Shown here in pieces: positions 53,601 to 63,619 of a stretch of 64,000 nucleotides of DNA. This stretch comes from Chiloscyllium plagiosum (lineage: Eukaryota). How positions within the stretch are numbered: the first letter of the stretch is position 1; every line of letters begins with the position of its first letter. Position numbers and translations under genes: made by a program. The stretch covers positions 32,620,786-32,684,785 of the forward strand of contig NC_057725.1 in NCBI RefSeq assembly GCF_004010195.1. The letters are read 5' to 3'. A model generated the notes under the pieces. It was not told the DNA's origin. It did not search any database and saw only the letters and a list, made by a program, of their open reading frames with translations.

Positions 53601-53878
53601 ATGTTTATTAACAACATCTTTGAGCAACAGGGACATGTTTCCACGTATAATGGAGCTGGTCAGTAGCTCAGCTTCTTTCCATTTCTCAGTTATTATGCCA
53701 GAAGTGTAGACAAATGCATTTGATTTTTTGGTGTCACTAGTGAAAGACCATAAAATGCCCAAGTTCTGTGGAGTCAGTTCGGACCCAGTGAATTCAGCAA
53801 TTTCACAATTCAGAAGACCATTTTCATTATACATCACTTCAACGAAACTTGGACTGTCTTTTAACTTCAACTTGCTTT
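29345..53878 (-). CDS. Multi-exon B7-H6/NCR3LG1-like IgSF membrane protein: V-C1-TM-(C1)x6, ~947 aa excluding the unlocated leader exon. Exons 53525-53878, 51162-51488, 46502-46618, 44312-44737, 39407-39769, 37152-37460, 35528-35854, 30718-31029, 29345-29652
   Basis: Nine open exons, each with a polypyrimidine-AG acceptor, joined through GT donors in phase 1 into one frame ending at TAG 29345-29347. The V and first C1 recall human B7-H6 motifs (GxxSLxL, AGxYxCE, TVxLEV, SGxYP, KNxDGTxNxT, ED-G-xxxCxVxH); this comparison is from memory, not a database search. Confidence 0.85.
30718..31029 (-). CDS. Exon: post-TM C1-like domain 5 (degenerate, no F-strand Cys)
   Basis: Acceptor tctctctgttaatag|GC, donor G|gtgag; [14 protein letters not shown] strand reads KLFLQYKD. 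Confidence 0.85.
31755..33280 (-). mobile_element. Rex1/Babar-type LINE, degenerate
   Basis: [57 protein letters not shown]; (tcaaa)n-like tail; another 3' end at ~42760-43065. Confidence 0.8.
33310..33625 (-). mobile_element. HE1-type SINE
   Basis: (agatt)n tail and full head gggcggcacggtggcacagtggttagc on the minus strand. Confidence 0.88.
33660..33990 (-). mobile_element. HE1-type SINE
   Basis: Same head and core as the adjacent copy. Confidence 0.8.
34140..35495 (+). mobile_element. Degenerate CR1, ending ~30 nt from an exon donor
   Basis: RGDVIET remnant; tail tcttatggtcttat. Confidence 0.7.
35528..35854 (-). CDS. Exon: post-TM C1 domain 4 (F-strand Cys replaced)
   Basis: Acceptor cttgatttcag|TA, donor G|gtgag; [21 protein letters not shown] in place of YxCxVxH. 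Confidence 0.87.
37152..37460 (-). CDS. Exon: post-TM C1 domain 3
   Basis: Acceptor tattttccag|CT, donor G|gtatg; [20 protein letters not shown]. Confidence 0.88.
38420..38810 (-). mobile_element. CR1 3' end
   Basis: cataagatacaggagcagaattaggc tail. Confidence 0.65.
39407..39769 (-). CDS. Exon: post-TM C1 domain 2
   Basis: Acceptor tttccctcttcag|TT, donor G|gtaac; [21 protein letters not shown]. Confidence 0.88.
40246..40485. repeat. Near-perfect fold-back (~100-bp arms) made of Penelope-like terminal sequence
   Basis: aagttaaaaatcacacaac...ccttcatcaggtggtagtg is mirrored by cactaccacctgatgaa...gttgtgtgatttttaactt. Confidence 0.85.
40570..41985 (-). mobile_element. Degenerate CR1
   Basis: Reverse 3' tail and RT remnants (accttaccaaatgcctt). 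Confidence 0.6.
41985..42320 (-). mobile_element. HE1-type SINE
   Basis: gtgcaaactccacacag core and head. Confidence 0.8.
44312..44737 (-). CDS. Exon: post-TM C1 domain 1 with a long internal insertion
   Basis: Acceptor tttttattcctag|TT, donor A|gtaagt; [28 protein letters not shown]. Confidence 0.88.
45020..45320 (+). mobile_element. HE1-type SINE
   Basis: Complete head, core and (aatct)n tail. Confidence 0.88.
46206..46322 (-). CDS. Candidate extra juxtamembrane exon ([39 protein letters not shown]), or an alternative terminal exon running to the stop at 46150
   Basis: Strong acceptor (ttttttttgttttcag|AT) 180 nt downstream of the TM donor, in phase 1 and open; the donor G|gtatat is weak. 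Confidence 0.35.
46502..46618 (-). CDS. Exon: transmembrane segment [39 protein letters not shown]
   Basis: Acceptor cttctcttttgcag|AA, donor G|gtaaag; 117 nt, phase 1-1, no stop; ~23 uncharged residues followed by aromatic and basic residues (YFYMRFYYK). Absent from the ORF track. Confidence 0.85.
47873..48170 (+). mobile_element. HE1-type SINE
   Basis: Complete head, core and (aatct)n tail. Confidence 0.85.
48245..49530 (-). mobile_element. CR1 RT/3' fragment
   Basis: [27 protein letters not shown]. Confidence 0.88.
49755..50600. mobile_element. Penelope-like element (second family) with multiple inversions
   Basis: [28 protein letters not shown]...[11 protein letters not shown] on the minus strand, with LEAWHS...LDPIY repeated on the plus strand; [15 protein letters not shown]. 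Confidence 0.8.
51162..51488 (-). CDS. Exon: extracellular Ig C1 domain (ARPTV...[10 protein letters not shown]...W...[11 protein letters not shown]...FTCRVSH...VTLK)
   Basis: Acceptor ttattttggtag|CC, donor G|gtgag; CxxSGYYP and FxCxVxH C1 signatures. Confidence 0.9.
51640..51862. repeat. Short fold-back of a Penelope-like terminus
   Basis: gtgctggaaaagcacagg...cttcatcagg / ...ctgtgcttttccagcaccacac; a similar unit lies at 57540-57775. Confidence 0.7.
52057..52508 (+). repeat. Direct tandem duplication, ~227-bp unit x2
   Basis: 52057-52282 and 52284-52508 are nearly identical. Confidence 0.9.
53264..53477. mobile_element. Tigger/pogo-like MITE
   Basis: TA-flanked imperfect TIRs CAGGCATCCCCCGCT / AGCAGACGATACCTG. 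Confidence 0.55.
53525..53878 (-). CDS. Exon: Ig V-type domain ([11 protein letters not shown]...LLNCEIAEF...LGILWSF...[11 protein letters not shown]...AGQYQCEIY...TVTLEVL)
   Basis: Acceptor ttttaattttcag|AA, donor G|gtaag; B-strand Cys, C-strand Trp, AGxYxC motif; G strand included in the exon, so it is a germline-joined V. Confidence 0.9.
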
Positions 53879-54202
53879 CTGAAAATTAAAAAGAACATAA
53901 GACTATTTTGTTAGTGTCCATCAAACAAAACTTTCTAAAATGCATTTGATTTACAAAGAACAAACAGCATAAAAATAACCATTTAGGTTAAACAGCTTGA
54001 CGGTAACTCCTCCTATGCTTCAGTGAACACCACAAGTAGAATCCCTTATTCTTTTCTCCCTCATTTGCTTATTTAACTATTCCAATGTTCTCCTCATTAG
54101 TCTCCCACCTTGCACCCTGCTTAAACTCCAACATATTCCAAATTTTGCTGCCCATGGCCCAGCTCACACCTAGCTGGCTTACCCTTTATTTAACTTAACC
54201 TG

Positions 54203-54420
54203 ATTTGGAGGAGCTGGTGTTGGCCTAGCGTGCACAAAGTTAAAAAACACAGAACACCAGGTTATAGTCCAACAGGCTTATTTGGAAGCACTAGCTTTCC
54301 GATCACTGCTCCTTCATCAGGTGGTTGTCAACGACCTGATGAAGGAGCAGTGATCCGAAAGCTAATGCTTCCAAATAAACCTGTTAGACTATAACCTGGT
54401 GTTCTATGATTTTTAACGTT
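54203..54420. repeat. Fold-back element, same family as 40246-40485
   Basis: Mirrored ggttatagtccaacagg...ccttcatcagg arms; a single arm also lies at ~57875-57970. Confidence 0.82.
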
Positions 54421-54659
54421 TAATTTAACCTGTGTGCTTAGTCCAACAAGATCTCAACTTCAAAACTTTCATTGGTTTGTGTTTTAAATGTCTCTGACCA
54501 TTAATGAATAAAAAGTCCCAATTGTGGGATGGGGAAGAGAAGTTGATGTTGAGTAACACTAGTATATTCTCAGCAGATTTGTTTCCTCCTTTTTTCCCTA
54601 CTAAAAGTGAGTCCTTGGTATTGAAGCCTCGCAGTCAAGATGTCCTTTAATTAATTTAT

Positions 54660-56262
54660 TATTTATGGACAAGATGAAATCCGTGACCCAGCAGTGTAAA
54701 AGTCCAATTATTTTGAATACAGTGACAGCCTGGAAGATAATGAGGCAAGAAGAGGGCAATTGATCTAAGACTTCGCTATTTACCCGGTTGGTGGGAGCCG
54801 AAGGATTTAAACTTGGGGCAATGGACTCCAGCTTTAAGGCATGGGAGAATAAGGGAAACTTCTGTCTGGGAGATTTATTCGAGGGGGAGGTCCTGATGTC
54901 ATTTAGTCAGAAATATGGATTGACTAATAGGGACCTTTTCCGATATTTCCAGATTAGGGATTACGTACAGAGGAAAACCATGCTCCTGGTCCAGTGTTAC
55001 AAATCAGACTTAGAGAAAAGAGTACTTCAATGTACGGGTGCTCTTTCACTCAGTACTTTATATCATTTACAGAAAGGCCATGCCCTGGGGAACATGGAAG
55101 GACTTTGTAAGACGTGGAATTGAGAGTTAGGAGAGGATATTTCATTGGAGGTATGGGAAGACATCTGGGGGAATGTAAGGAAAATCTCAGTATGTAACAG
55201 AGCGCAGGCCATGCAATCGGAGATCTTACACAGGGCTCATATGGCGCCAGACAGGTTAGCTAAGTTCAAGAGAGGAGTATCACCAGGGTGCCCCAAATGT
55301 AAAATTAGTATCGGCACTCTCACACACTGCTATTGGTCATGTTGCAAGATCTAGACATACTGGAGTTCTATAGTAAGGGATCTAAAGGACACCCTGGGGA
55401 TTAAAATTAATGTGGATCCGGTAATTCTTCTTTTGAGCTTGCCAAATGTGTCCTTTCTGGGGGAACATGGGAAGAGATTGTATAATATTCTTACCCATTG
55501 TGCGAGGAAAAACATTCTACTGAATTGGACGTCGGAAAAACCACCAAGTCTTACGGGGTGGCAGAGGCTGGTGATGGAGCATCTCCCCAAAGACTACCTC
55601 ACAAATATGGTGCACCACTAAACGGAACAGATTTACAAGACATGGTGACCCTTTTTAAAATTATATTGACGCTGACGTATCAGCAATATTAATTAGGGCC
55701 GTGGGAATCGGTACAGGAACATTCTACTGAATTGGACGTCGGAAAAATCACCAAGTCTTACGGGGTGGCAGAGACTGGTGATGGAGCATCTCCCCAAAGA
55801 CTACCTCACAAATATGGTGCACCGCTAAACGGAACAGATTTACAAGACATGGTGACCCTTTTTAAAATTATATTGACGCTGACGTATCAGCAATATTAAT
55901 TAGGGCCGTGGGAATCGGTACAGGTGCCCATGGGGCCCCAGGAGGAGGGAACTGGGGAAAAAGAATACAGATACTGTAGATGGTGCTCCCAGGGATGGGA
56001 GTCTCAGTGTGATAAGTGAGATAGAATAGTGAGATATTATTTAATTTACATTATTTGAATTTAGTTTAAGTTAGTATTTATTTAATATATTGGTAGTTTC
56101 ATTTAAGTTAAGTAGTCTTCTGGTAGAATAGTAGGTCATTCATTAACAATAGTACTGTGTTATGGCTTTGTTGTACTGCCTTTTTTTCTGTTTTAATTTT
56201 TTTGTACATAAATGTCATGTAAAAGATTTAAAAAGGTTTTCAATAAAAAAATTATAAAAAAC
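54660..56262 (+). mobile_element. L1 3' fragment (same family as 16645-20650) containing a 207-bp tandem duplication (55511-55717 / 55718-55924)
   Basis: DLFRYFQIRDY, CPKCK...HCYWSC, aataaaaaaattataaaaa end. Confidence 0.88.
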
Positions 56263-57225
56263 AGGTGAGTCCTTGCTTAGATTTATTTCTCCATATTATC
56301 TGCATTATGGTACTTCACCGTTCAAATAGTCCTTATATAACTGCAAACCTTGAAGTGGAAATCGAAGTGTTGTAAGGAATGTGCTAGTAATCAACCAGAC
56401 TACTCCATGAGTCTCACTGTCATCATAAATGATTAGATTCAAATCACCAAACTGGCCAATTGTTTCCCTTTTAGTACTGCTATTCAGACTTCCACCAAGT
56501 TTCCTTAATGAGCTTAAAAATAGTACATTTATTATAAAACAAAACTAATTTCTAAAAACAAGTGGCAAAGCTTGCTTACAATTAGGCTTTTAATCAGAGT
56601 TAGAACTAAGTCCCCTTTCTACAAATACAAAGACACTCATCCAACCCAAAGGATAACACAACTCTGCAGAAATATTTTAACAAGGCAAAGGACAAACAAA
56701 CCATCCTTATTGGCCAATGATCTGCAAAACAGTCTTCCAACTTTTCATGTACTTCATAATGTTGGATAAGGCTGAAGATAACAGGAACAGACAGGAACTG
56801 ATAAGAGACCTAAAAATGTGAATGACTCATGTGTTATGTGAATGACTCGGCATAATTCTGATCAGGTCCACTGAGAGTTATAAGTGCAGGAAATCAGGAA
56901 CTGCTGTCTCTACCAGACAAAACATACATTTGGACAAAACATTTGGGATTGCTCACATGCATGGATAAGTCCAAATACGACATGCATTTTCAGGATTGAT
57001 CACATGTAAGCATAATTCCAAATAAGGCACACATTTGGCACAAAGACTTGTGTATAAACAGCCTGAAGAAATCCCTTTGTTTATCAACACTGCGAAGACT
57101 AACATTGTGCAAGATGGTATCCTATATCAGGAGGAATGGTGAAGATGTTCAGCCTGGCCAGCTGCAAACTCTACTGGGTAAAAATGTTATGGTCATGAAA
57201 GACAATGATTGAGATCTCTCTGGTA

Positions 57226-57442
57226 CAGTCAGTTCTGCTATCACGCAGTAGTTCTGTCCTTGTGCAATCCTGTGTTTTAAAAAAATTAGGTAATAGCAGC
57301 ACCATTTATACTAATAGAGCTGGAACTGCTTTAGAATCAATACACACTTCAAACTTTGCACTTTAGAAACAGTGCCCCAATTCATCAATAGTGTTATAGC
57401 AAATTCGTGTTAACGAAATGTACGTTATAGCAATATGACCTG
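57226..57442. mobile_element. Tigger/pogo-like MITE
   Basis: TA-flanked imperfect TIRs CAGTCAGTTCTGCTATCACG / CGTTATAGCAATATGACCTG. Confidence 0.55.
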
Positions 57443-59535
57443 TAGTTAAAAGTGTGTTATTCAAATACGTACCTAGTAAATGAATTGTATTTAATTGATA
57501 ACGTAGTCCCAACAGCCAAGCATGATTCTCTTTTCAGGGAGGAGAAAGTGATGACTGCAGATGCTGGAGATCAGAGTCGAAGATGGTTGTGCTTTTCCAG
57601 CACCACATGTCAGGCAGCATCCACGGAGTAGGAGAGTCAACATTTTGAGCATGAGCCCTTCATCGGGAGCCCTTCCTGATGAAAAGCTTATGCTCGAAAC
57701 ATCGATTCTCCTGCTCCTCAGATGCTGCCTGATACAGTGTGCTGGAAAAGCACAACCATCGACCCTGATTCTCTCTTCACCCAACATGTAATACACCATC
57801 AACACTGACAATAAAGGTCAATTCCAACTCTGTTAATTCCCTGTGACAATGCCAAAAGTACTGTCCTATTGTTAAAAGTTAAAAATCACACTACACCAGG
57901 TTATAGTCCAACAGGTTTATTTGGAAGCACTAGCTTTCAGAGCACTGCTCCTTCATCAGATGGTTGTGGGTCATATCCTATTGTCACACTTCGAGTTAAG
58001 TTAATGGTGCAAACAGAGGTGTACCCCAAAACCTTCCAGGTCTGCATGACTCACTTCAATTAGTGGAGGTTTCAGCTCCCTAGAAAGGGGGGGTGTCAGG
58101 TTACGGTCTGGTTGGTGCAAGTAATCTGGGAATGGTATAGTTTGGTATGAGACAGTCAAGTATGGAGTCAGTGTAATAGCCATTCAGGAGTCAGACTATC
58201 TTTTCCTGGATAACTATTTTACTCAATTTCATTTGGAACCATCTGAACTGGTCCAATTTTTATGGAAATTTTCAGAAGGTTCCAGGTACATTCCAGAGAA
58301 ACATTCAATTACTTGGGCAATTCTTTCAGAGACTACTCTCACTATTGTCACAAAGCTGGACCCTTTTTTCTAAAAGCTGTTCCTTTTCTCAACGATACTG
58401 TGTCCTTGATTTTTTTCAGAGGAGTCATAAAACTGTCCTGGTTCTAATTAGAATGGTTTTGTACAGAGATTAAAGGGTATTGAGAGGCCTTTTTGTTTAT
58501 ATGTAAACAGATGAGACTTCAGGCTGAAGTGGTCATGTTCTAGAAGTGACCTGTATACTAAAAGGGAAGTGGTCAGCTCTCTAGCTGAGCAGTTCAGTTC
58601 AGAATTTGTTAGGAGTTCAAAGGTGAGCTGTGTGGAAACTCTCTCTCTCTCTGTCTCTTTCTGCCCTTCTAACTTCAACCTGTAAGCAGCTGTTCCAGTT
58701 TTTTTTTAACTGTGTTTTAAGGTGGTTTACCTACTGTGAGAATGTGTATAGGGCATAAGCAGGCAGGGAACAAGTTAAGTTCTGAGTTTAGTAAAAAAAA
58801 AGAGTGTTCAGCTGAGAATGACTCAGATCAAATAAGTTACGGTTAACAATGGGGTGCTGGAGGCAAGGGTAATGGGTTAACAAGGTGGAAAATCATTCAT
58901 TATGTAGACCCATTTAATAAAATGAGGTAGCATTCAGTATGTAACATTAGTTAATAAGGTGAAAAGTATCTACTGTATGAATCCAGTTAACAAGGTTAAG
59001 AACATTCAGTGTATAACAGTAAAGGACTTGATCTCTGCTATTGATACTCATTGATTGTAATGGTCACCCAATTAATATGTATGTTGCCTTATCTGGATGC
59101 TCCTCCCTGTAAAATGACTGTATAGTTCATCGAGAAACTGCTGTTCCAGAGAAGACCTTGAACTCATGTCTCTGTGCACATGGGCGATTGTTTTCTCTCT
59201 CTCCCTCCCTCCAGGGCCGGGGATAAAGGTGAAGGAGATAAAACAATACAGTGTTGCTAAGCATTTTGCTTTGACTGAGGGGGTGAAACGGGATGACTAT
59301 ATTGGCATAGTCGGCAGGATCCAAATGGATAGTTATGGTCAGATGGTGTCAGCAGCCACCTGGAACATCGATGTCTCAAGACAATGGGCCCACAAGGTAA
59401 GATTACAAACCTTGGTCCCTCTTGATATTCCTGTGTGCTGGAGACAATATCCTCACTCAATCACTCACTTTTCTACAGATTCCCCACATGGTAATTAGTT
59501 CAGTTGAAAGATACTGTTTCGCAAGCGCAGTGGCA

Positions 59536-60030
59536 GACAGAGGTTCAAGTCCTCTGCGCTGCATTGGGGGGAGTGGGGTATAATTGAGGTTCAAGCCTCT
59601 CAGGAGGGGGGGGGGAACGGGGGAGTATATTTGAGGTTAGAGTCCTCTGCATGGTACTGGGGTCCCAGTCCCCACAGGTGAGTTTGGTTGAAGTCTGAGT
59701 TTTCTGCGCAGTACTGGGGCTAGAGTCCCCTGAAGTGGGTTTGATTGAGGCTCGGGTCTACTGCACAGTACTAGGGTTAGAATTCCCTGGGGTGGGTTTA
59801 ATTGAGATTTGAGTCCTCTGCGTGTTACTGGGGTTCGAGCCCCCTGGGGTGGGTTTGATTGAGGTTCGTGTCCTGTGCGTGGACTAGGGTTCAAGTCCAC
59901 TGGGTGGGTTGATTTGAGGTTCAAGTCGTCCGCACTGTGCTGAGGTTCAAGCTTATGGTGTTTAAGTTTCGAGCTCTCTGTGTTTGGGATTCAAGTTGTC
60001 TGTGTTTAATTGGGGTTCGAGCCCCCATAA
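59536..60030 (+). repeat. Tandem array, 57-bp period (units start 59633, 59690, 59747, 59804, 59861) with degenerate flanking units
   Basis: Consensus gaggtt.gagtcctctgcg.agtactggggtt.gag.cccctggggtgggtttgatt. Confidence 0.85.
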
Positions 60031-61179
60031 GGAGTAAAGTGAGAAAAGGGTTAAAGGCCCCTAGTGATGATATTTAAGGCTCTGCAAGTCTTTATTCTGG
60101 GGGAAGAGAGTGGCTTGGACTGCGGTGCCATGTGGTCTGCTGTCAGGGTTTTCTCTTTTTACAAGAGTAATTTCAGTGAGAGGATGCAAAAACAAAAACA
60201 AGAAACGCTAAAATTAAAGGTTGCTCTAATACTTGGGTTGAAAAAGGAAAGTTTCAATGTAGCTTGTGCCATGCTGAGAGTGCTTGATGTTTAAAAGTTT
60301 TGGTTTGTTAAAATACTGTTTTAGAAAATCCTTTTAAGTAACTGTTTTGCCATGTTTGAATCAGGATCTCAACTCAATGTGTTTTGCAGGCTGTGTCATG
60401 GGACAGACTTTGTTTTCACATTGAAATTGTTCAACATTATGCCCTTTTTAAAATTATCAAACTTGTAACCTTAAAACAAATTGATTGAGTGTCTTGAGCC
60501 CCTGATTTGTTTGAAATTCTACAATGCCTGTTTAAAAAGAAACAGTTGGGTCAGTGGTCATGCTTTAGCCAGATGAGAGTATTATATTAAAATACCTTTG
60601 TTGCTGTGTTTTTAATGCAGTGTTCACAAAACGAACAGTGCATTTTCAGTTTGATGTTTTGTTAAGATTTTAGAGAATATCAGAACTTGAGGTAGAGTTG
60701 TTTCAGTTTTGTTAATTATTGTTAAGACTTCATTGGCCTCCTTCATATTGCAATTCAAAAATGTTGATCTCTACCAAAGTTGCCACTGTAATTCCGACTG
60801 TGTTTTATTTGGGAAGTCTCATTTGGAGAAAATATTTTAATATGTTCTGCATTTGTTTCGCATGATAATGGGAGATTTAAATCTGAACTGAAACTGCCTC
60901 TTAAATGGCTAGAACACAGGAAACACTTTACTTGACAGCTTTCACATTAGCCAAGAATTAATTTGTTAAAGGAAAATAATTTTTGAATAACCTGAATTGG
61001 GTCCCCCTTGGGTTTGATTTTAGGGCCATTGATTATTGTTTATGATTGAACTGTTGAGGCAGTACAATTTAGAAGTTTATGAATTGTAAAAAACTTGATA
61101 ATGTCATAAATAGTGAACAGAGTAACAGACTTCAAGGGGACTGAGAATGTTGGAATAAACAGACATAATTTAGTGTAGT

Positions 61180-62200
61180 TGGAATTTTTTGAAGAGGTAA
61201 CAAGTAGGTTAGACCAGGGAAACCCAGTGGATGTGGTCTATCTAGACTTTCAAAAGGCCTTTGATAAGGTGCCACACGGGAGGCTGCTGAGCAAGATGAN
61301 NNNNNNNNNNNNNNNNNNNNNNNNNNNNNNNNNNNNNNNNNNNNNNNNNNNNNNNNNNNNNNNNNNNNNNNNNNNNNNNNNNNNNNNNNNNNNNNNNNNN
61401 NNNNNNNNNNNNNNNNNNNNNNNNNNNNNNNNNNNNNNNNNNNNNNNNNNNNNNNNNNNNNNNNNNNNNNNNNNNNNNNNNNNNNNNNNNNNNNNNNNNN
61501 NNNNNNNNNNNNNNNNNNNNNNNNNNNNNNNNNNNNNNNNNNNNNNNNNNNNNNNNNNNNNNNNNNNNNNNNNNNNNNNNNNNNNNNNNNNNNNNNNNNN
61601 NNNNNNNNNNNNNNNNNNNNNNNNNNNNNNNNNNNNNNNNNNNNNNNNNNNNNNNNNNNNNNNNNNNNNNNNNNNNNNNNNNNNNNNNNNNNNNNNNNNN
61701 NNNNNNNNNNNNNNNNNNNNNNNNNNNNNNNNNNNNNNNNNNNNNNNNNNNNNNNNNNNNNNNNNNNNNNNNNNNNNNNNNNNNNNNNNNNNNNNNNNNN
61801 NNNNNNNNNNNNNNNNNNNNNNNNNNNNNNNNNNNNNNNNNNNNNNNNNNNNNNNNNNNNNNNNNNNNNNNNNNNNNNNNNNNNNNNNNNNNNNNNNNNN
61901 NNNNNNNNNNNNNNNNNNNNNNNNNNNNNNNNNNNNNNNNNNNNNNNNNNNNNNNNNNNNNNNNNNNNNNNNNNNNNNNNNNAAAACACATTTATAGCAA
62001 CTCAACTCATTTCTACAACTCAATGAAGTCCAGTTGAAGGCCGAGATTGATAGATTCTTGTTGTCTCTGAGGAATTAAGGGCTACGGGGAGAACGCTGGT
62101 AAGTGGAGCTGAAATGCGCATCAGCCATGATTGAATGGCGGAGTGGACTCGATGGGCCGAATGGCCTTACTTCCACTCCTATGTCTTATGGTCTATGGTA
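61180..62200 (+). mobile_element. CR1 spanning the ~680-nt assembly gap (61300-61982)
   Basis: VDVVYLDFQKAFDKVPH before the gap; CR1 3' UTR and tcttatggtctatgg tail after it. Confidence 0.8.
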
Positions 62201-62376
62201 GTTAAATGTATATCTGTCTTCATACTGATAACCACTTTGGCAAGGAGGAAATGCAAAGATATTTTCAGCAGCTGACATGGTCTTTGGAGTTTCTCCATTC
62301 ATGGGTAAAGCACACCTTCGGACCACCACTCACCCCTCCACAACCTGATCCAATGGATTAAATCAGCTCCCCAGTC

Positions 62377-62697
62377 ATGAGCATAAAAAGTAAAGAAGCT
62401 AACAACAGTGAAGAGGAGGTCTGTATGCTTTTTGTCAGTGGTCTTCCTATGGATATTAAACCACATGAGCTCTACCTTCACTTTCAATCATTTAAGGGAT
62501 ATGAAGGTTCACTGATCAAGCTAACATCACAACAGCCAGTTGGCTTTGTTACATTTCACAGCTGCACGGGAGCAGAAGCAGCCAAGAATGCTGCAATTAC
62601 CTAGCAGGCTGCTGCTGCAGCACTGTACACTCAGATGTGCTGGTATCCTCTATCTGAAGCATCTCCACAAGGATGGAAGTCTTGTCAGTTTTGTTAA
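62377..62697 (+). pseudogene. RBPMS2: Processed, internally deleted RBPMS2-like retrocopy
   Basis: [49 protein letters not shown]...GAEAAKNA matches the RBPMS/RBPMS2 RRM with no introns. It jumps in another frame to the family C-terminus AAAAALYTQMCWYPLSEASPQGWKSCQFC*. It carries substitutions at conserved residues and a premature stop at 62602-62604. Confidence 0.85.
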
Positions 62698-63619
62698 GTA
62701 TCTGACTGCCCTTATCCAAGAATTCAGATTTCTCCATGAAGTGGTGTGCAAGGACAGACTGAATTTTGTTTTCAGGTTAGACTTTATTGAAGGAGATTTT
62801 GGAGAACTGGCTCACTTCCACTCGACTTGGAGGGGATGGAGTGGTCACTAAGGACTGTGGGTTTAAGACCTTTCATGGGGAATTTTTTTCCATGTGGGCG
62901 GATTCTTCAAACTTTATTTTACTGTATAGACTAGTAATTTTTGTTGTTATAATCATTTCATGTTGTGTATCAATAACTTGCTTTAGTACTGGCAGTAAGA
63001 TTCTTATGAAAGCCGGTAGTGTCATCTAGGTGGTTATCATGGAATGATAAAAAGGGAGGAATGTAATGTTAAAAGATTAAATGGGAATATCTCTCTGGAC
63101 ACTAATGTAAAATTAAAGGGTTTATCTGCACTGTCTTTGGGTGGGCACGACAATCATGAAAGAATACAGATGACCATCCATTGTAATTTACACATTATGT
63201 AGACAGTCATTTGCTATTAGTCCCCCTTGCTATTGTCAAGTTAAACCATAATTCAGTCTCTTCCATCTAGAAATGCTTTTTGGCCAGAAGTATGTCGCAC
63301 CCACATTGGCTTGAGGAATCACTGAGTCAAGAAATCATCTGCATAACGATTCCCCAGGATTAGGGCATTAGCATTTACATTATCTTGGAAGATGCTCTCA
63401 CCCTGCCATTGTACCTGGGGTAACATCTGACTGTGAGTTAACTGGGGTTGTCTTGAGTGGCATGTAACTGTGGGGGAGTGGCCAGAGCATCTGTAGGCAT
63501 GGCTAACTGACCTGTATAATGGGAATGTGTTTTCTTTGTTCAGGGCATCATTTTTGACTCAACCTCGCACACCTGTGAGAGGGATCAAAGGGGGTACTGT
63601 GCTTAATAAATTTGGTTGC

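Noticed and set aside
29345-53870. ORF-track start codons and overhangs for the Ig ORFs (e.g. 44295..44840, 51148..51570)
   Set aside because: These extend into introns; splice sites define the true boundaries.
29345-53878. IgW/IgNAR/IgM heavy-chain or TCR locus
   Set aside because: The V exon includes its own G strand and ends at a splice donor. I saw no RSS heptamer/nonamer or D/J segment (no WGxG/FGxG), and the TM follows the first C1 rather than the last, with no secretory tailpiece.
57466-57530. Possible leader exon (ATG at ~57523, donor-like gtacgt at ~57472)
   Set aside because: The ATG frame hits TAA after 10 codons and is not hydrophobic.
56370-59480. Defined LTR pair with primer-binding site
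   Set aside because: Several TG-starting LTR-like stretches exist, but I found no matching second LTR, and tggtgtcagcagc at ~59344 is only a partial PBS match.
59536-60030. tRNA gene cluster or CRISPR-like array
   Set aside because: No cloverleaf or A-box pairing, no unique spacers, and the context is eukaryotic.
61132-62023. Long ORFs of 249-285 aa
   Set aside because: Artefacts of the N gap.
62377-62697. Functional RBPMS2 gene
   Set aside because: No introns, truncated RRM, frameshift/stop and substitutions at conserved residues.
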